39,198 nucleotides of DNA from an uncultured Sphingobacteriales bacterium (lineage in GTDB: Bacteria; Bacteroidota; Bacteroidia; JAADEI01; JALVCQ01): assembly GCA_964452325.1 (NCBI GenBank), contig CAYVLB010000003.1:1-39198 (forward strand), given 5' to 3'. Positions 27,371 to 36,124 of the stretch are shown piece after piece. The translations under genes and the position numbers were made by a program. The notes under the pieces were generated by a model. It was not told where the DNA came from. It saw only the letters and a list, made by a program, of their open reading frames with translations, and made no database searches. The stretch's first letter is position 1, and each line of letters starts with the position of its first letter.

Positions 27371-28624
27371 TTACCGACGCCAAAAAGACTCCCGCTCAGG
27401 ACCAGTTGATACCATAACAATTGGCACGCCGATTGCCTGCTCGATATATTCGATATAGACTTCTAGCATGTGATTATCAGCGGTGACCGAGTCCCACCCA
27501 CTCAAATAATGATAGGTTACCTTATCGACTTCTTGCCCTATCAAAAACTCCCCAAAGGAAATTTCTTGCCCATTGCGCAGATACGCTACCCCCACAGGAA
27601 CCTCTTGAAGCCCGGCCAGTACATCTACTTTGGTCATTACCAGCTGGTTGCATCCACTGATTCTTACAGCGAAACGAAGGGCTTCCAAATCAATCCATCC
27701 CACCCGGCGGGGTCGGGCCGTAGTGGCCCCAAACTCCCCACCAGCTTGTCGTAGATGTTCTGCGGCTTCCCCATGAAGCTCGGTAGGGAAAGGCCCTTCT
27801 CCCACCCGCGTCGTATACGCCTTCAAAACCCCGATCACATTTCTAACAAACCGATGAGACACCCCCGCTCCAACCAAAGACGAAGGAGCAATGGTATGCG
27901 ATGAAGTCACATATGGATACGTTCCATACGACACATCCAGTAATACACCTTGGGCTCCTTCCGCCAATACCGACTTTCCCTCTTTCAATTGCTCCCACAA
28001 TAATTGTTCGACATCCACCCGTATAAGCTCTTGCAGGTGATGAATGGCTTCGAACCATTCTTCCTCTTGCCGAATGGTGGGCACTTCCTCATAACCCAAC
28101 ACCTCAAGTAACGAATAATGATAGTCCCTCAAGCGACGATAACGGGTGATAAAATCTGATCGCAAAAAGTCCCCAACCCGAAGTCCGATCCGGGCCATTT
28201 TATCTTGGTAAGCTGGCCCGATCCCTCGCATAGTAGATCCAATATGGCGGCCTGTTCGGGATTGTTCAAGGGCCCTGTCAAGGTACTGATGCGTAGGAAG
28301 AATCCAATGGGCCAACGCCGATAAATAAAGGCGTCCTTTTATTTCTATTCCATTCGATCGAAGGGCATGTACTTCGTCAAGTAAGGCGATTGGATCAACC
28401 ACCAAACCGGCCCCCATCAAGTTGAGTGTATCGGGTGTAAGGATCCCAGAAGGGATCAAGTGAAGAACATGTTTTTGACCATTGACTTCGATGGTGTGAC
28501 CCGCATTAGCTCCTCCCTGAAAACGAATCACCACCCCATACCGAAATTGGTCGTTAAGACAATCAACGACCTTTCCTTTTCCTTCATCACCCCATTGGGC
28601 ACCCACGACAACATCGAGGGGCAT
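27371..28624 (-). CDS. purA: Adenylosuccinate synthase
   Basis: A 417-aa ORF with the N-terminal P-loop VVGAQWGDEGKGK, then GGANAGHT and TTRVGEGPFPTEL. Confidence 0.95.
   Translation of the reverse strand: MPLDVVVGAQWGDEGKGKVVDCLNDQFRYGVVIRFQGGANAGHTIEVNGQKHVLHLIPSGILTPDTLNLMGAGLVVDPIALLDEVHALRSNGIEIKGRLYLSALAHWILPTHQYLDRALEQSRTGRHIGSTMRGIGPAYQDKMARIGLRVGDFLRSDFITRYRRLRDYHYSLLEVLGYEEVPTIRQEEEWFEAIHHLQELIRVDVEQLLWEQLKEGKSVLAEGAQGVLLDVSYGTYPYVTSSHTIAPSSLVGAGVSHRFVRNVIGVLKAYTTRVGEGPFPTELHGEAAEHLRQAGGEFGATTARPRRVGWIDLEALRFAVRISGCNQLVMTKVDVLAGLQEVPVGVAYLRNGQEISFGEFLIGQEVDKVTYHYLSGWDSVTADNHMLEVYIEYIEQAIGVPIVMVSTGPERESFWRR
27422..27436 (+). promoter_or_regulatory. Sequence matching the sigma-54 -24/-12 consensus (TGGCACG-N4-TTGC), antisense within the purA 3' end
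   Basis: TTGGCACGCCGATTGCC is read directly on the + strand, with GG and GC at the canonical spacing. It lies inside coding sequence (QAIGVPIV on the other strand), so it may be fortuitous. Confidence 0.25.
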
Positions 28625-28633
28625 TGGACCAGC

Positions 28634-29167
28634 TTAGAGGGGCGTTAATACTTGCTCTTTGGCCTCCTTAGGTCCTTTGAAAGCTTCCTGACCTCGCTTA
28701 CCCACTTCCTTGCCACAATAAGCACACGTCCCATCGTGCACCTCTGGTGTTCCCGTCAAGACGACTTCGTGGTGGTCTACTTTGAAAGGTAAGACTTCTT
28801 CCACCGTTTCCCGAAGCTGGTATATTTGAGGAAGGCATACTTCACTGACCTTACTACATAGGCTACATACTAAGTGAATATGTTGTTTGCGCAGCGAAGG
28901 CTCATATTTTTTGCCTCCCTTATTAAAATGATGACCAATAACCAAACCCAGTTCTTCAAATAAGTTGAGCGAGTTGTAGACGGTGGCCCGGCTAATCATA
29001 AACCCTTTGTTTTTGACAAGGCGGTATAACTCATCGGCAGTAAAGTGCCCTGTCATATTGTAAATCTCATCGAGGAGGTAAAAACGCTCCTGAGTACGCC
29101 GGAGGCCCTTCCTTTTAAGAATGTTTTCAAAGACCCGATGCAATTCCAAAGAATTATGAGCTGGCAC
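28634..29167 (-). CDS. Fur family transcriptional regulator
   Basis: A 177-aa ORF with a GTG start and a winged-helix N-terminus (RRTQERFYLLDEI..ISRATVYNSL). It has HHF..YE, HIHLVCSLCSKV and a second Cys pair CAYCG. It sits directly upstream of purA. Confidence 0.85.
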   Translation of the reverse strand: MPAHNSLELHRVFENILKRKGLRRTQERFYLLDEIYNMTGHFTADELYRLVKNKGFMISRATVYNSLNLFEELGLVIGHHFNKGGKKYEPSLRKQHIHLVCSLCSKVSEVCLPQIYQLRETVEEVLPFKVDHHEVVLTGTPEVHDGTCAYCGKEVGKRGQEAFKGPKEAKEQVLTPL

Positions 29168-29192
29168 GACGTCGTCCCATTTAGTTGTGAGG

Positions 29193-29200
29193 CAAATTTA
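29193..29200 (-). promoter_or_regulatory. -7 box TAnnTTTG (TAAATTTG) upstream of fur-purA
   Basis: The reverse complement of 29193-29200 is TAAATTTG, 25 nt upstream of GTG 29167. Confidence 0.4.
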
Positions 29201-29268
29201 TACTCTGTATGAACATCTATTGTAAAAATATGGAAAGTCCGTTGTAAGATGCCCCTTGTCCGCTTGTT

Positions 29269-29637
29269 TTATTCAGAATTGGGGGATGGTTCAGGTGCAT
29301 TTTGTTGGGCAGCAGATTGTTCGAGGGGGTTCGGCGTGGGAAGCTGAGGGATGGGTAACGCCTCAACCTGCTCTTGAATCAGCGATTCGTTTGCCTCAGC
29401 ATCTAAAGAAGGAGAGGGAAGCATCAAGTTGAATATAATCGATAATCCGACGATGGCTACTGCTAAATACCATGTAGCCTTTTCTAAGAAATCAGCGGTT
29501 TGACGAGCACCCAACAGCTGGTTGGATATTCCCTGAAACGAAGGATTAAGCCCACTCCCCTTGGGATTCTGAATCAGCACAATTGCCATCAACAACACAG
29601 CCACCAGTATTGCCATCACACTTAACAGAACGATCAT
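29269..29637 (-). CDS. secG: Preprotein translocase subunit SecG
   Basis: A 122-aa ORF with TM1 followed by VLIQNPKGSGL, a second TM helix and a Pro/Gln-rich tail. There is an ATGA overlap with the upstream gene. Confidence 0.85.
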   Translation of the reverse strand: MIVLLSVMAILVAVLLMAIVLIQNPKGSGLNPSFQGISNQLLGARQTADFLEKATWYLAVAIVGLSIIFNLMLPSPSLDAEANESLIQEQVEALPIPQLPTPNPLEQSAAQQNAPEPSPNSE

Positions 29638-30152
29638 TGTGAATGGTTGTTTTTGTTGTTTTCAAGGCTTTTAATTCGCTCGGCAAAGTAACGTCTTTTT
29701 TCTGGATTTTTTTTCATCAAGATCTGATAACAACGAATCGCATCGTCAATGGCGCCTTGAATCTCGAAAAGGTGGGCCATCGTCTCTGTCACCAACGAAT
29801 CGTCTGGTCCTATGGAGGGAGAATTAGTAGGTGGCCGTAATGAATCGATCATTTCATTCAAGGAGGGGTGATTCTCATCGATCTCGGGGGTAGGAATAGT
29901 TCCCGCCACCATATGAATGAGGCGGCGTCGGAAAGTAGCCCGATTCGGCACCCGTAGGGCAGCTTCCATTACGGCTTCCCACTTGGATAGATCGTCGGTA
30001 GAATGGGCAGCCATTGCCCGCATCACATACGGCACAACAAAATATGGGTATCGATCAATCATCGCCTCGCACGCCTCCTGTACGGCAGGATTTTGTAGTC
30101 CTTCTGGGTATTGGCGGACTGCCTGCTCAAATATTTGACGAAACGAAGTCAT
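29634..30152 (-). CDS. Conserved hypothetical protein (C-terminal TPR-like helix pair)
   Basis: ORF 29634-30158, where the track start is GTG. The ATG at 30152 overlaps the lptE TGA by 1 nt (TGATG). The C-terminus reads LFEIQGAIDDAIRCYQILMKKNPEKRRYFAERIKSLE. Confidence 0.6.
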   Translation of the reverse strand: MTSFRQIFEQAVRQYPEGLQNPAVQEACEAMIDRYPYFVVPYVMRAMAAHSTDDLSKWEAVMEAALRVPNRATFRRRLIHMVAGTIPTPEIDENHPSLNEMIDSLRPPTNSPSIGPDDSLVTETMAHLFEIQGAIDDAIRCYQILMKKNPEKRRYFAERIKSLENNKNNHSQ

Positions 30153-30649
30153 CACCACGCATTAATCGTTGCATTATAAATGTCCTCAACCAATCGACGA
30201 ATCAGTTCACCAACCAATTGATCTTCGACGTCGGATAGCGCCTGACTTGCTTCGATATCGGCATATGCTGTAAAAGTTCGGTCAATATCATATTGTGATT
30301 CGATAGCATTGTGAAACTGGACACGTGCGGAAATGGTCAGTCGGTTGGTTTGAGCTTGATCCGTTCCAACCGTGAGGGGACGTACTACATAGTCGGTGAT
30401 GGTCACGCGGTAAGAAAGATCAGGATTGGTCAACGATTCGGTCAGATTCGTTTCCCGCAACAAATATTCTCGCAAGGCCTCTTCGAGATCAGGAGCCAAC
30501 GATGGATTCACTATGGTAGCTTGATTTTCCACAGGATAAACAACAAAAGTGCGTATCTCGGGCGAGAGGCTGCCTCCTTGAAAGGAATACATCCGACATG
30601 CCGTTAGGATTATTAACGGCAGGCACCATGTCGGGTTAAATATCTTCAA
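30152..30649 (-). CDS. lptE: LptE-like LPS-assembly lipoprotein
   Basis: A 165-aa ORF with a TTG start and lipobox LIILTAC. The mature start YSFQGGSLSPEIRTFVVYPVENQA resembles Bacteroidota LptE family proteins. Confidence 0.65.
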   Translation of the reverse strand: MKIFNPTWCLPLIILTACRMYSFQGGSLSPEIRTFVVYPVENQATIVNPSLAPDLEEALREYLLRETNLTESLTNPDLSYRVTITDYVVRPLTVGTDQAQTNRLTISARVQFHNAIESQYDIDRTFTAYADIEASQALSDVEDQLVGELIRRLVEDIYNATINAW

Positions 30650-31892
30650 GGTTATATGCTTTGATTTTCCGATAAAGGGTTCGTTCAGCGATTCCCAATA
30701 CTTCCGCTACTTTTTTTCTCCGCCCGCCATATTTTTTAAGGGCGGCTTCGATCAGTCGGCGCTCCATCTCTTCAATTGAAGGAATTTCCCCATCAAAGTC
30801 ATCCCAGCGTTTGGCACTCGGAGGCGAAAATTCTTCTTCTGGATGGGGGAGAGTATGGGTCTGCTGGGGCGTGGGAAGTGCACGAGATATGGGAATTCGA
30901 AATTCCGAAGTTACACCATGCTCAGGAGGGCTTATCCGATCAAACGTTCCCTTCGGATAGCCTTTCATCATCCACATTTTAAGGAGGAGCACATCTTTCC
31001 GGATTTCTTCCAAATAGCGGAAAATCAGCTCGCGTTCTTCCATCACCGGCGTTCCCACCAAGCGGATACCCGATTCGACAGCAGGGGTAGCCTCTGTAAG
31101 GTCAAGATACTTGAGGGCAATTTCTTCCGTTACCTTACGGGCTTCTTCCAGGATCGAGATTTCTTCGACGACATTCTTAAGTTCCCGAATATTCCCTGGC
31201 CAATGATATTGCTGAAAAACCTGTAGGCCAGATGGTGTTAATTCCAGCGGAGGGACTCGATATCGTTCTGCCACATCGAGGGCAAACTTGTCAAACAGCA
31301 GCGGGATATCTTCGAGGCGCTCTCGAAGGGACGGAATACGAATGGTGATAATGCTGAGTCGGTAATAAAGGTCATCTCGGAACTTCCCCGATTGCATCAG
31401 CTTACGGAGGTCTTTGTTGGTAGCTGAGACGACGCGTACATCTGTTTTGAGGGTTTTGGTGCCTCCTACACGAATAAACTCACCGGTCTCGAGCACGCGC
31501 AGGAGCCGGGTCTGAGTATTAGGAGGTAGCTCTCCTACTTCATCCAGGAAAAGGGTTCCCCCATTGGCAATTTCAAAATATCCTTTGCGTCGTTCAACAG
31601 CTCCCGTAAAGGCACCTTTCTCATGTCCGAAAAGCTCCGAATCGATGGTACCCGGCGGAATCGCACCACAGTTAACTGCCAGAAAGGGACCATGCCGCCG
31701 GTAGCTAAGATGATGAATAACTTTTGAAAAACTCTCCTTACCCACCCCACTTTCACCATTGAGTAAAACGGTAATATCCGTGGGAGCAGCCTTAATGGCC
31801 ACCTCTAATGCCCGATTGAGGGCTACAGATTGCCCGACAATTTCAAAACGACGCTTTACCTGTTCAATCTGTTCCGGTGTGATGCGAGGCAT
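30636..31892 (-). CDS. Sigma-54-dependent transcriptional activator (AAA+ plus Fis-type HTH) without an N-terminal sensory/receiver domain
   Basis: ORF 30636-31937. It has Walker [15 protein letters not shown] in [11 protein letters not shown], Walker [10 protein letters not shown] and the C-terminal [24 protein letters not shown]. The ATG at 31892 overlaps the miaB TAA by 1 nt (TAATG), leaving only ~15 aa before the AAA+ core. Confidence 0.9.
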   Translation of the reverse strand: MPRITPEQIEQVKRRFEIVGQSVALNRALEVAIKAAPTDITVLLNGESGVGKESFSKVIHHLSYRRHGPFLAVNCGAIPPGTIDSELFGHEKGAFTGAVERRKGYFEIANGGTLFLDEVGELPPNTQTRLLRVLETGEFIRVGGTKTLKTDVRVVSATNKDLRKLMQSGKFRDDLYYRLSIITIRIPSLRERLEDIPLLFDKFALDVAERYRVPPLELTPSGLQVFQQYHWPGNIRELKNVVEEISILEEARKVTEEIALKYLDLTEATPAVESGIRLVGTPVMEERELIFRYLEEIRKDVLLLKMWMMKGYPKGTFDRISPPEHGVTSEFRIPISRALPTPQQTHTLPHPEEEFSPPSAKRWDDFDGEIPSIEEMERRLIEAALKKYGGRRKKVAEVLGIAERTLYRKIKAYNLEDI

Positions 31893-33274
31893 TAACGATG
31901 AATTATCACTTTTCCAATGAGGGTAGCGCTGGTACAATTGTCAACATGAACATCCACATACATTGCGGGGCGGAGATGATCTGCCCTGGGAAACACAATC
32001 ATTTTATTTTGAGAGTTGCGCCCCCGCAGCATCTCAGGATTACGTTTGCTGGGTCCTTCGATTAACACTTCGAATGTTTTTCCCACATCCTGCCGATTGC
32101 TTTTCAATGACAACCGACGTTGCAGATCAATGACCTGTTGAAGGCGCCGCTGCTTCTCATCCGGTGGAACGTCGTCTTTAAGGAATCGGGCGGCATAGGT
32201 TCCGGGACGCTCGGAATACATAAACATATAGGAATGGTCGAATCGGACGCTTTGCATTAGGTCAAGGGTCTGCTGGAATTGAGCTTCTGTTTCTCCACAA
32301 AACCCCACAATAATGTCAGTCGACAGTGCCACATCTGGCACATAACTTCGGATCATGGCAATGCGATCGAGATACCACTCACGGGTATAGCCCCGACGCA
32401 TTCGTTGAAGGACTTCATTATTCCCAGATTGAACTGGCAGATGAATGAACTTGCATATATTGGGATAAGCGGCCATGGTTTGGGCCACTTTCTCGGTAAG
32501 GTCCTTGGGATGAGATGTAGAAAAGCGGATGCGAAGATCCGATGCCACCTCTGCTACTGCCGCCATCAGGTCGGCAAAGTCAACCGTTTTCCCATTTCCA
32601 TTCCATCGATACGAATCGACGTTTTGACCAATCAGTGTCACCTCTCGAAATCCTTTGTGGTATAACCACCGGACCTCGTCAACGATCGACTGAGGGGAGC
32701 GGCTGCGTTCCCGTCCTCGGGTAAAAGGCACCACACAAAATGTGCACATGTTGTTACATCCCCGCATGATGGATACAAATGCCGATACGCCGTTGGAATG
32801 CAATTGCACTGGCCGAATGTCAGCATATGTTTCATCTCTGGACAAAATCACGTTGACAGCAGATTGCCCGCTTTGAGCAGCTTCAATTAATTGCGGCAGC
32901 GAACGGTAAGCATCCGGACCAACGACCATATCCGAAATAGCCTCTTCCACCAACTTCTTTTTCAACCGCTCCGCCATGCATCCCAACACGCCAATAATTT
33001 TTTGCCCCCCTTGTTTTTTCTTCAATGCGTTAAAATACTGGAGTCGCCCGCGCACACGTTGTTCTGCATTATCACGGATCGCACATGTATTAACCATGAT
33101 AATATCCGCAGCTTCAGGGTCATCTACCGGATAAAAGTTATGTTCTTTCAATATAGCTGCCACCACTTCACTATCCGCTACATTCATCTGGCATCCATAT
33201 GTTTCAAGATAAAACGTACCCGCCGGACGAATGGGAGTTTGGGCTAACATCGCCAATTCTTCAACATTTTTCAT
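31892..33274 (-). CDS. miaB: tRNA-2-methylthio-N6-dimethylallyladenosine synthase MiaB
   Basis: A 460-aa ORF with YLETYGCQMN (UPF0004 domain), radical-SAM GCNNMCTFCVVP and a C-terminal TRAM region. Confidence 0.93.
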   Translation of the reverse strand: MKNVEELAMLAQTPIRPAGTFYLETYGCQMNVADSEVVAAILKEHNFYPVDDPEAADIIMVNTCAIRDNAEQRVRGRLQYFNALKKKQGGQKIIGVLGCMAERLKKKLVEEAISDMVVGPDAYRSLPQLIEAAQSGQSAVNVILSRDETYADIRPVQLHSNGVSAFVSIMRGCNNMCTFCVVPFTRGRERSRSPQSIVDEVRWLYHKGFREVTLIGQNVDSYRWNGNGKTVDFADLMAAVAEVASDLRIRFSTSHPKDLTEKVAQTMAAYPNICKFIHLPVQSGNNEVLQRMRRGYTREWYLDRIAMIRSYVPDVALSTDIIVGFCGETEAQFQQTLDLMQSVRFDHSYMFMYSERPGTYAARFLKDDVPPDEKQRRLQQVIDLQRRLSLKSNRQDVGKTFEVLIEGPSKRNPEMLRGRNSQNKMIVFPRADHLRPAMYVDVHVDNCTSATLIGKVIIHR

Positions 33275-33306
33275 ACCCCAACACTACTTATCCAAATCAG
33301 GAAGTG

Positions 33307-33314
33307 CAAAGGTA
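33307..33314 (-). promoter_or_regulatory. -7 box TAnnTTTG (TACCTTTG) upstream of miaB
   Basis: The reverse complement of 33307-33314 is TACCTTTG, 32 nt upstream of ATG 33274. Confidence 0.4.
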
Positions 33315-33348
33315 GGGCTTTGGATGTCAAAATGTCAGGAAAGCACGT

Positions 33349-34824
33349 TCAGCGGGTTGAACGATCGATGGGAAAAACAAGTTCCACCAGACAATATTTG
33401 TCACCTCGTTGAAAATAGGCCGGTGCTACAAATGTAGTGTAGTCGATCTGACGTCCCACCCGCCAACTCACATCCAACGGACGTTCTTTCTGGGTAAATA
33501 AAATTTGGCGATGGGTATGCCCCCACACATCCACTTCCCATACCTCACTGTTCCAATAACGTTGATGCATGTTATTAAACAAAATTATTACCCGTTGTGA
33601 CTGCACCATGTAGCCTACCGATGTAAACAAGGCATCGTCTTCTTGGCTGGCTTGATGCTTTAGCAACACTCGAAACCATTGCATTTTTCCTACCGAGTCA
33701 ACAGGAAACAAAATCACCTCATCGGAAAAGTAATAGGTACGGCGATTAGTCTGCACATGTCCAAAGGCCGAAGTTTGCTGAAATACTTCCGTACGTTTGT
33801 AGTTGATTTCCATCAAGAAAATCGCCCCTCCGTCTTTGCGGGACAGCAGTTGTAATAAGGATACATTCTCCAAGTAATTCCTCTTTGCATCCGCCCCCTC
33901 AATCGCGGTAACCAACTCGTCTGGCCAACGATAAAAGAAAACCGAATGCGGCAAGTAATGCTTGTCCCCAATGGGGATCCATCCGTAGCCAATTCGCCGG
34001 GAGGGAAACAGGTCATTCTCAGCTAACCATCCCACCCCTGCGGAATAATCGGGACGCCACGGCCAAGTTGGTTTTCCCTGAACCATTCTAAAAGAATCGG
34101 AAAAAAGAGGAACCAATATCGGACTTTGGGGAATGCGAATATAGGTTAGGTATGGCTGACTTCGCTGTACGATTCGACTTTGTAAGAACCGACCCACAAT
34201 CACATCATCCCGATATGCCTGAAGATCAAACGACCCAGCCTGCGACCACTCCCAGGCATTCTTACCCTGCCATTGAAGTGTCCGGTTGCTAAAAATGCCG
34301 ATGTGGAGCGTATCACCTTTCCTTAAACGCGCAGGAAAAGTAACAAATACGGCGTCTTCTTGGGGATCCGGCAAAGGAGCGATCCGATAGTTCGATCGCA
34401 ATCCCCATGAAACGTATTCATGCTGCCATAAGGTATCCTGATCTTGAAGGTGCCCTTTCAGATCGTAAGTTCCCACAACCAGCCATTCCTTTCCTTCAGC
34501 AATTTCGACACCCCATACCCGTAATACTGAATCGACCGGGCGAAAATCCAATATCTTGGAGGGCCACGCTATCTCAAATGACCGAATCCGACGAAGCGTA
34601 CGCCGACTGATTAGATCCACCTCATGGGAAGTGCGCCAAAAGTTCGAACGCACCACATAATAGTGAGCATCCCACACTCCCACTCGTTCAACTCGATGCG
34701 CTTGATAGCTAAAGGGAATATCCTCTGAAAAACGTATTTGCTGGGCCATCCCACCCCACCCTATCCAAGCCGCTATCCACAATCCAGCCATTCGAAAGGT
34801 GCAAGGCTTCCAGAACACGTTCAT
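33349..34824 (-). CDS. Hypothetical exported protein (~491 aa), family not recognised
   Basis: ORF 33349-34944. The internal ATG at 34824 gives MNVFWKPCTFRMAGLWIAAWIGWGGMAQQ, which is signal-peptide-like. It lies 28 nt downstream of a TATGTTTG box. The longer track start would run through the divergent thiolase promoter. Confidence 0.65.
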   Translation of the reverse strand: MNVFWKPCTFRMAGLWIAAWIGWGGMAQQIRFSEDIPFSYQAHRVERVGVWDAHYYVVRSNFWRTSHEVDLISRRTLRRIRSFEIAWPSKILDFRPVDSVLRVWGVEIAEGKEWLVVGTYDLKGHLQDQDTLWQHEYVSWGLRSNYRIAPLPDPQEDAVFVTFPARLRKGDTLHIGIFSNRTLQWQGKNAWEWSQAGSFDLQAYRDDVIVGRFLQSRIVQRSQPYLTYIRIPQSPILVPLFSDSFRMVQGKPTWPWRPDYSAGVGWLAENDLFPSRRIGYGWIPIGDKHYLPHSVFFYRWPDELVTAIEGADAKRNYLENVSLLQLLSRKDGGAIFLMEINYKRTEVFQQTSAFGHVQTNRRTYYFSDEVILFPVDSVGKMQWFRVLLKHQASQEDDALFTSVGYMVQSQRVIILFNNMHQRYWNSEVWEVDVWGHTHRQILFTQKERPLDVSWRVGRQIDYTTFVAPAYFQRGDKYCLVELVFPIDRSTR

Positions 34825-34852
34825 TATTGCAATTGTAGAGGTGAAACAGATA

Positions 34853-34860
34853 CAAACATA
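34853..34860 (-). promoter_or_regulatory. -7 box TAnnTTTG (TATGTTTG) for the 33349-34824 gene
   Basis: The reverse complement of 34853-34860 is TATGTTTG. Confidence 0.4.
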
Positions 34861-34885
34861 CAACGCCCGATTAAAGGGCAAATCT

Positions 34886-34900
34886 GCCAATTCAATTGGC
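34886..34900. promoter_or_regulatory. Perfect 7-1-7 palindrome GCCAATTcAATTGGC, a candidate operator between divergent promoters
   Basis: Read directly: GCCAATT at 34886-34892 and AATTGGC at 34894-34900. It ends 9 nt upstream of the + strand -7 box (34910) and starts 25 nt from the - strand box (34860). Confidence 0.4.
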
Positions 34901-34909
34901 TGAATGAAG

Positions 34910-34917
34910 TATGTTTG
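34910..34917 (+). promoter_or_regulatory. -7 box TAnnTTTG (TATGTTTG) upstream of the acetoacetyl-CoA thiolase gene
   Basis: TATGTTTG on the + strand, 25 nt upstream of ATG 34943. Confidence 0.4.
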
Positions 34918-34942
34918 CCCCCGCTTATCCAAATTCCGCATC

Positions 34943-36124
34943 ATGCACGAAGTTTATATTTTATCTGCAGTGCGTACCCCATTGGGTAGTTTTTTGGGAT
35001 CTTTATCGGACCTAAGTGCCCCCCAGCTGGGAGCAGTGGCTATTCGGGCTGCACTCGATCGAGCCGGTATTCGAGGTGGCGAAGTCAGCGAAGTATTAAT
35101 GGGAAACGTTTTATCGGCCAATGTTGGCCAGGCACCTGCCCGGCAAGCAGCATTGTTTGCTGGAATCAGCAATACTGTCCCGGCTACTACCATCAACAAA
35201 GTATGTGCCTCGGGTGCCAAGGCAGTCACCTTAGCAGCTCAATCACTCAAGCTAGGTGAGGCTGATATAATCGTTGCAGGTGGCATGGAAAGCATGTCGA
35301 ACGTACCGTTCTACTTGCCCGACATGCGAAAAGGGCGTAAACTAGGACATGGCCAGGTGGTTGATGGATTGATCAAAGACGGTCTTTGGGATGTATACAA
35401 TGACTTCCATATGGGCAATGCAGCTGAGCAATGTGCTGCAGCATGTTGCATTCCGCGAGAGTCCCAAGATGACTATGCCGCTTTATCCTACCGACGCGCC
35501 GCAGAAGCATGGGCCAATGGATGGTTCAAAGACGAAGTTGTTCCCGTGGAGGTCAAAAGTCGTAAAGGCACAGTCATTGTGAACGAAGATGAAGAATACC
35601 AACGGGTCAACTTCGACAAGATTCCCTCATTGCGACCAGTATTTCAGAAAGATGGCACCGTAACGGCGGCAAACGCATCAACGATCAATGACGGCGCCGC
35701 AGCTTTGGTATTGGCCACTGATGCTGTGGTCAGAAAGCAAAGCCTTCGACCCATTGCACGGATTGTAGCTTACGCTGATGCCGCACAAGAGCCGGCCAAG
35801 TTCACCACTTCACCAACCATCGCCCTTCAAAAGTTGGCCGATCGCGCCCGCTTATCCATTCAAGACATCGACTATTTTGAGATCAACGAAGCCTTCGCAG
35901 TAGTGGCACTAGCCAATCAGCAACAGTTGAATATTCCGTTGGATCGATTGAACATTTTTGGGGGTGCAGTATCATTAGGGCATCCCTTAGGAGCCAGTGG
36001 GGCACGGATATTGGTAACCCTCCTAAACATCCTTCGTCAGAAGAAAGCTCGCTTAGGAGCCATCAGCATTTGCAATGGGGGTGGTGGCGCTACGGCGATA
36101 CTAGTGGAAAACCTGATTATATAG
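34943..36124 (+). CDS. Acetyl-CoA C-acetyltransferase (thiolase II)
   Basis: ORF 34904-36124. The ATG at 34943 gives MHEVYILSAVRTPLGSF. It has NKVCASGAKAV, GGAVSLGHPLGASGAR and ISICNGGGGATA. Confidence 0.92.
   Translation: MHEVYILSAVRTPLGSFLGSLSDLSAPQLGAVAIRAALDRAGIRGGEVSEVLMGNVLSANVGQAPARQAALFAGISNTVPATTINKVCASGAKAVTLAAQSLKLGEADIIVAGGMESMSNVPFYLPDMRKGRKLGHGQVVDGLIKDGLWDVYNDFHMGNAAEQCAAACCIPRESQDDYAALSYRRAAEAWANGWFKDEVVPVEVKSRKGTVIVNEDEEYQRVNFDKIPSLRPVFQKDGTVTAANASTINDGAAALVLATDAVVRKQSLRPIARIVAYADAAQEPAKFTTSPTIALQKLADRARLSIQDIDYFEINEAFAVVALANQQQLNIPLDRLNIFGGAVSLGHPLGASGARILVTLLNILRQKKARLGAISICNGGGGATAILVENLII

Noticed and set aside
29232-29241. GGAAAGTCCG, resembling the RNase P RNA P4 signature GAGGAAAGUCCGGGC
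   Set aside because: It sits in a 101-nt fur/secG spacer that is far too short for RNase P RNA, and no other conserved RNase P regions are present.
34925-34933. DnaA-box-like TTATCCAAA, also found at 33288-33296, with TTATCCAAT at 897-905
   Set aside because: Each has mismatches to TTATCCACA in the critical CACA part. They are scattered singly over 34 kb, with no AT-rich unwinding region and no dnaA or dnaN context, so this is not an origin.
10816-36124. Two thiolase genes (10816-12024 and 34943-36124) as a possible duplicated segment
   Set aside because: The proteins differ throughout ([11 protein letters not shown] versus NKVCASGAKAV, with different termini), and I see no nucleotide-level repeat. 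They are distinct paralogous subfamilies.
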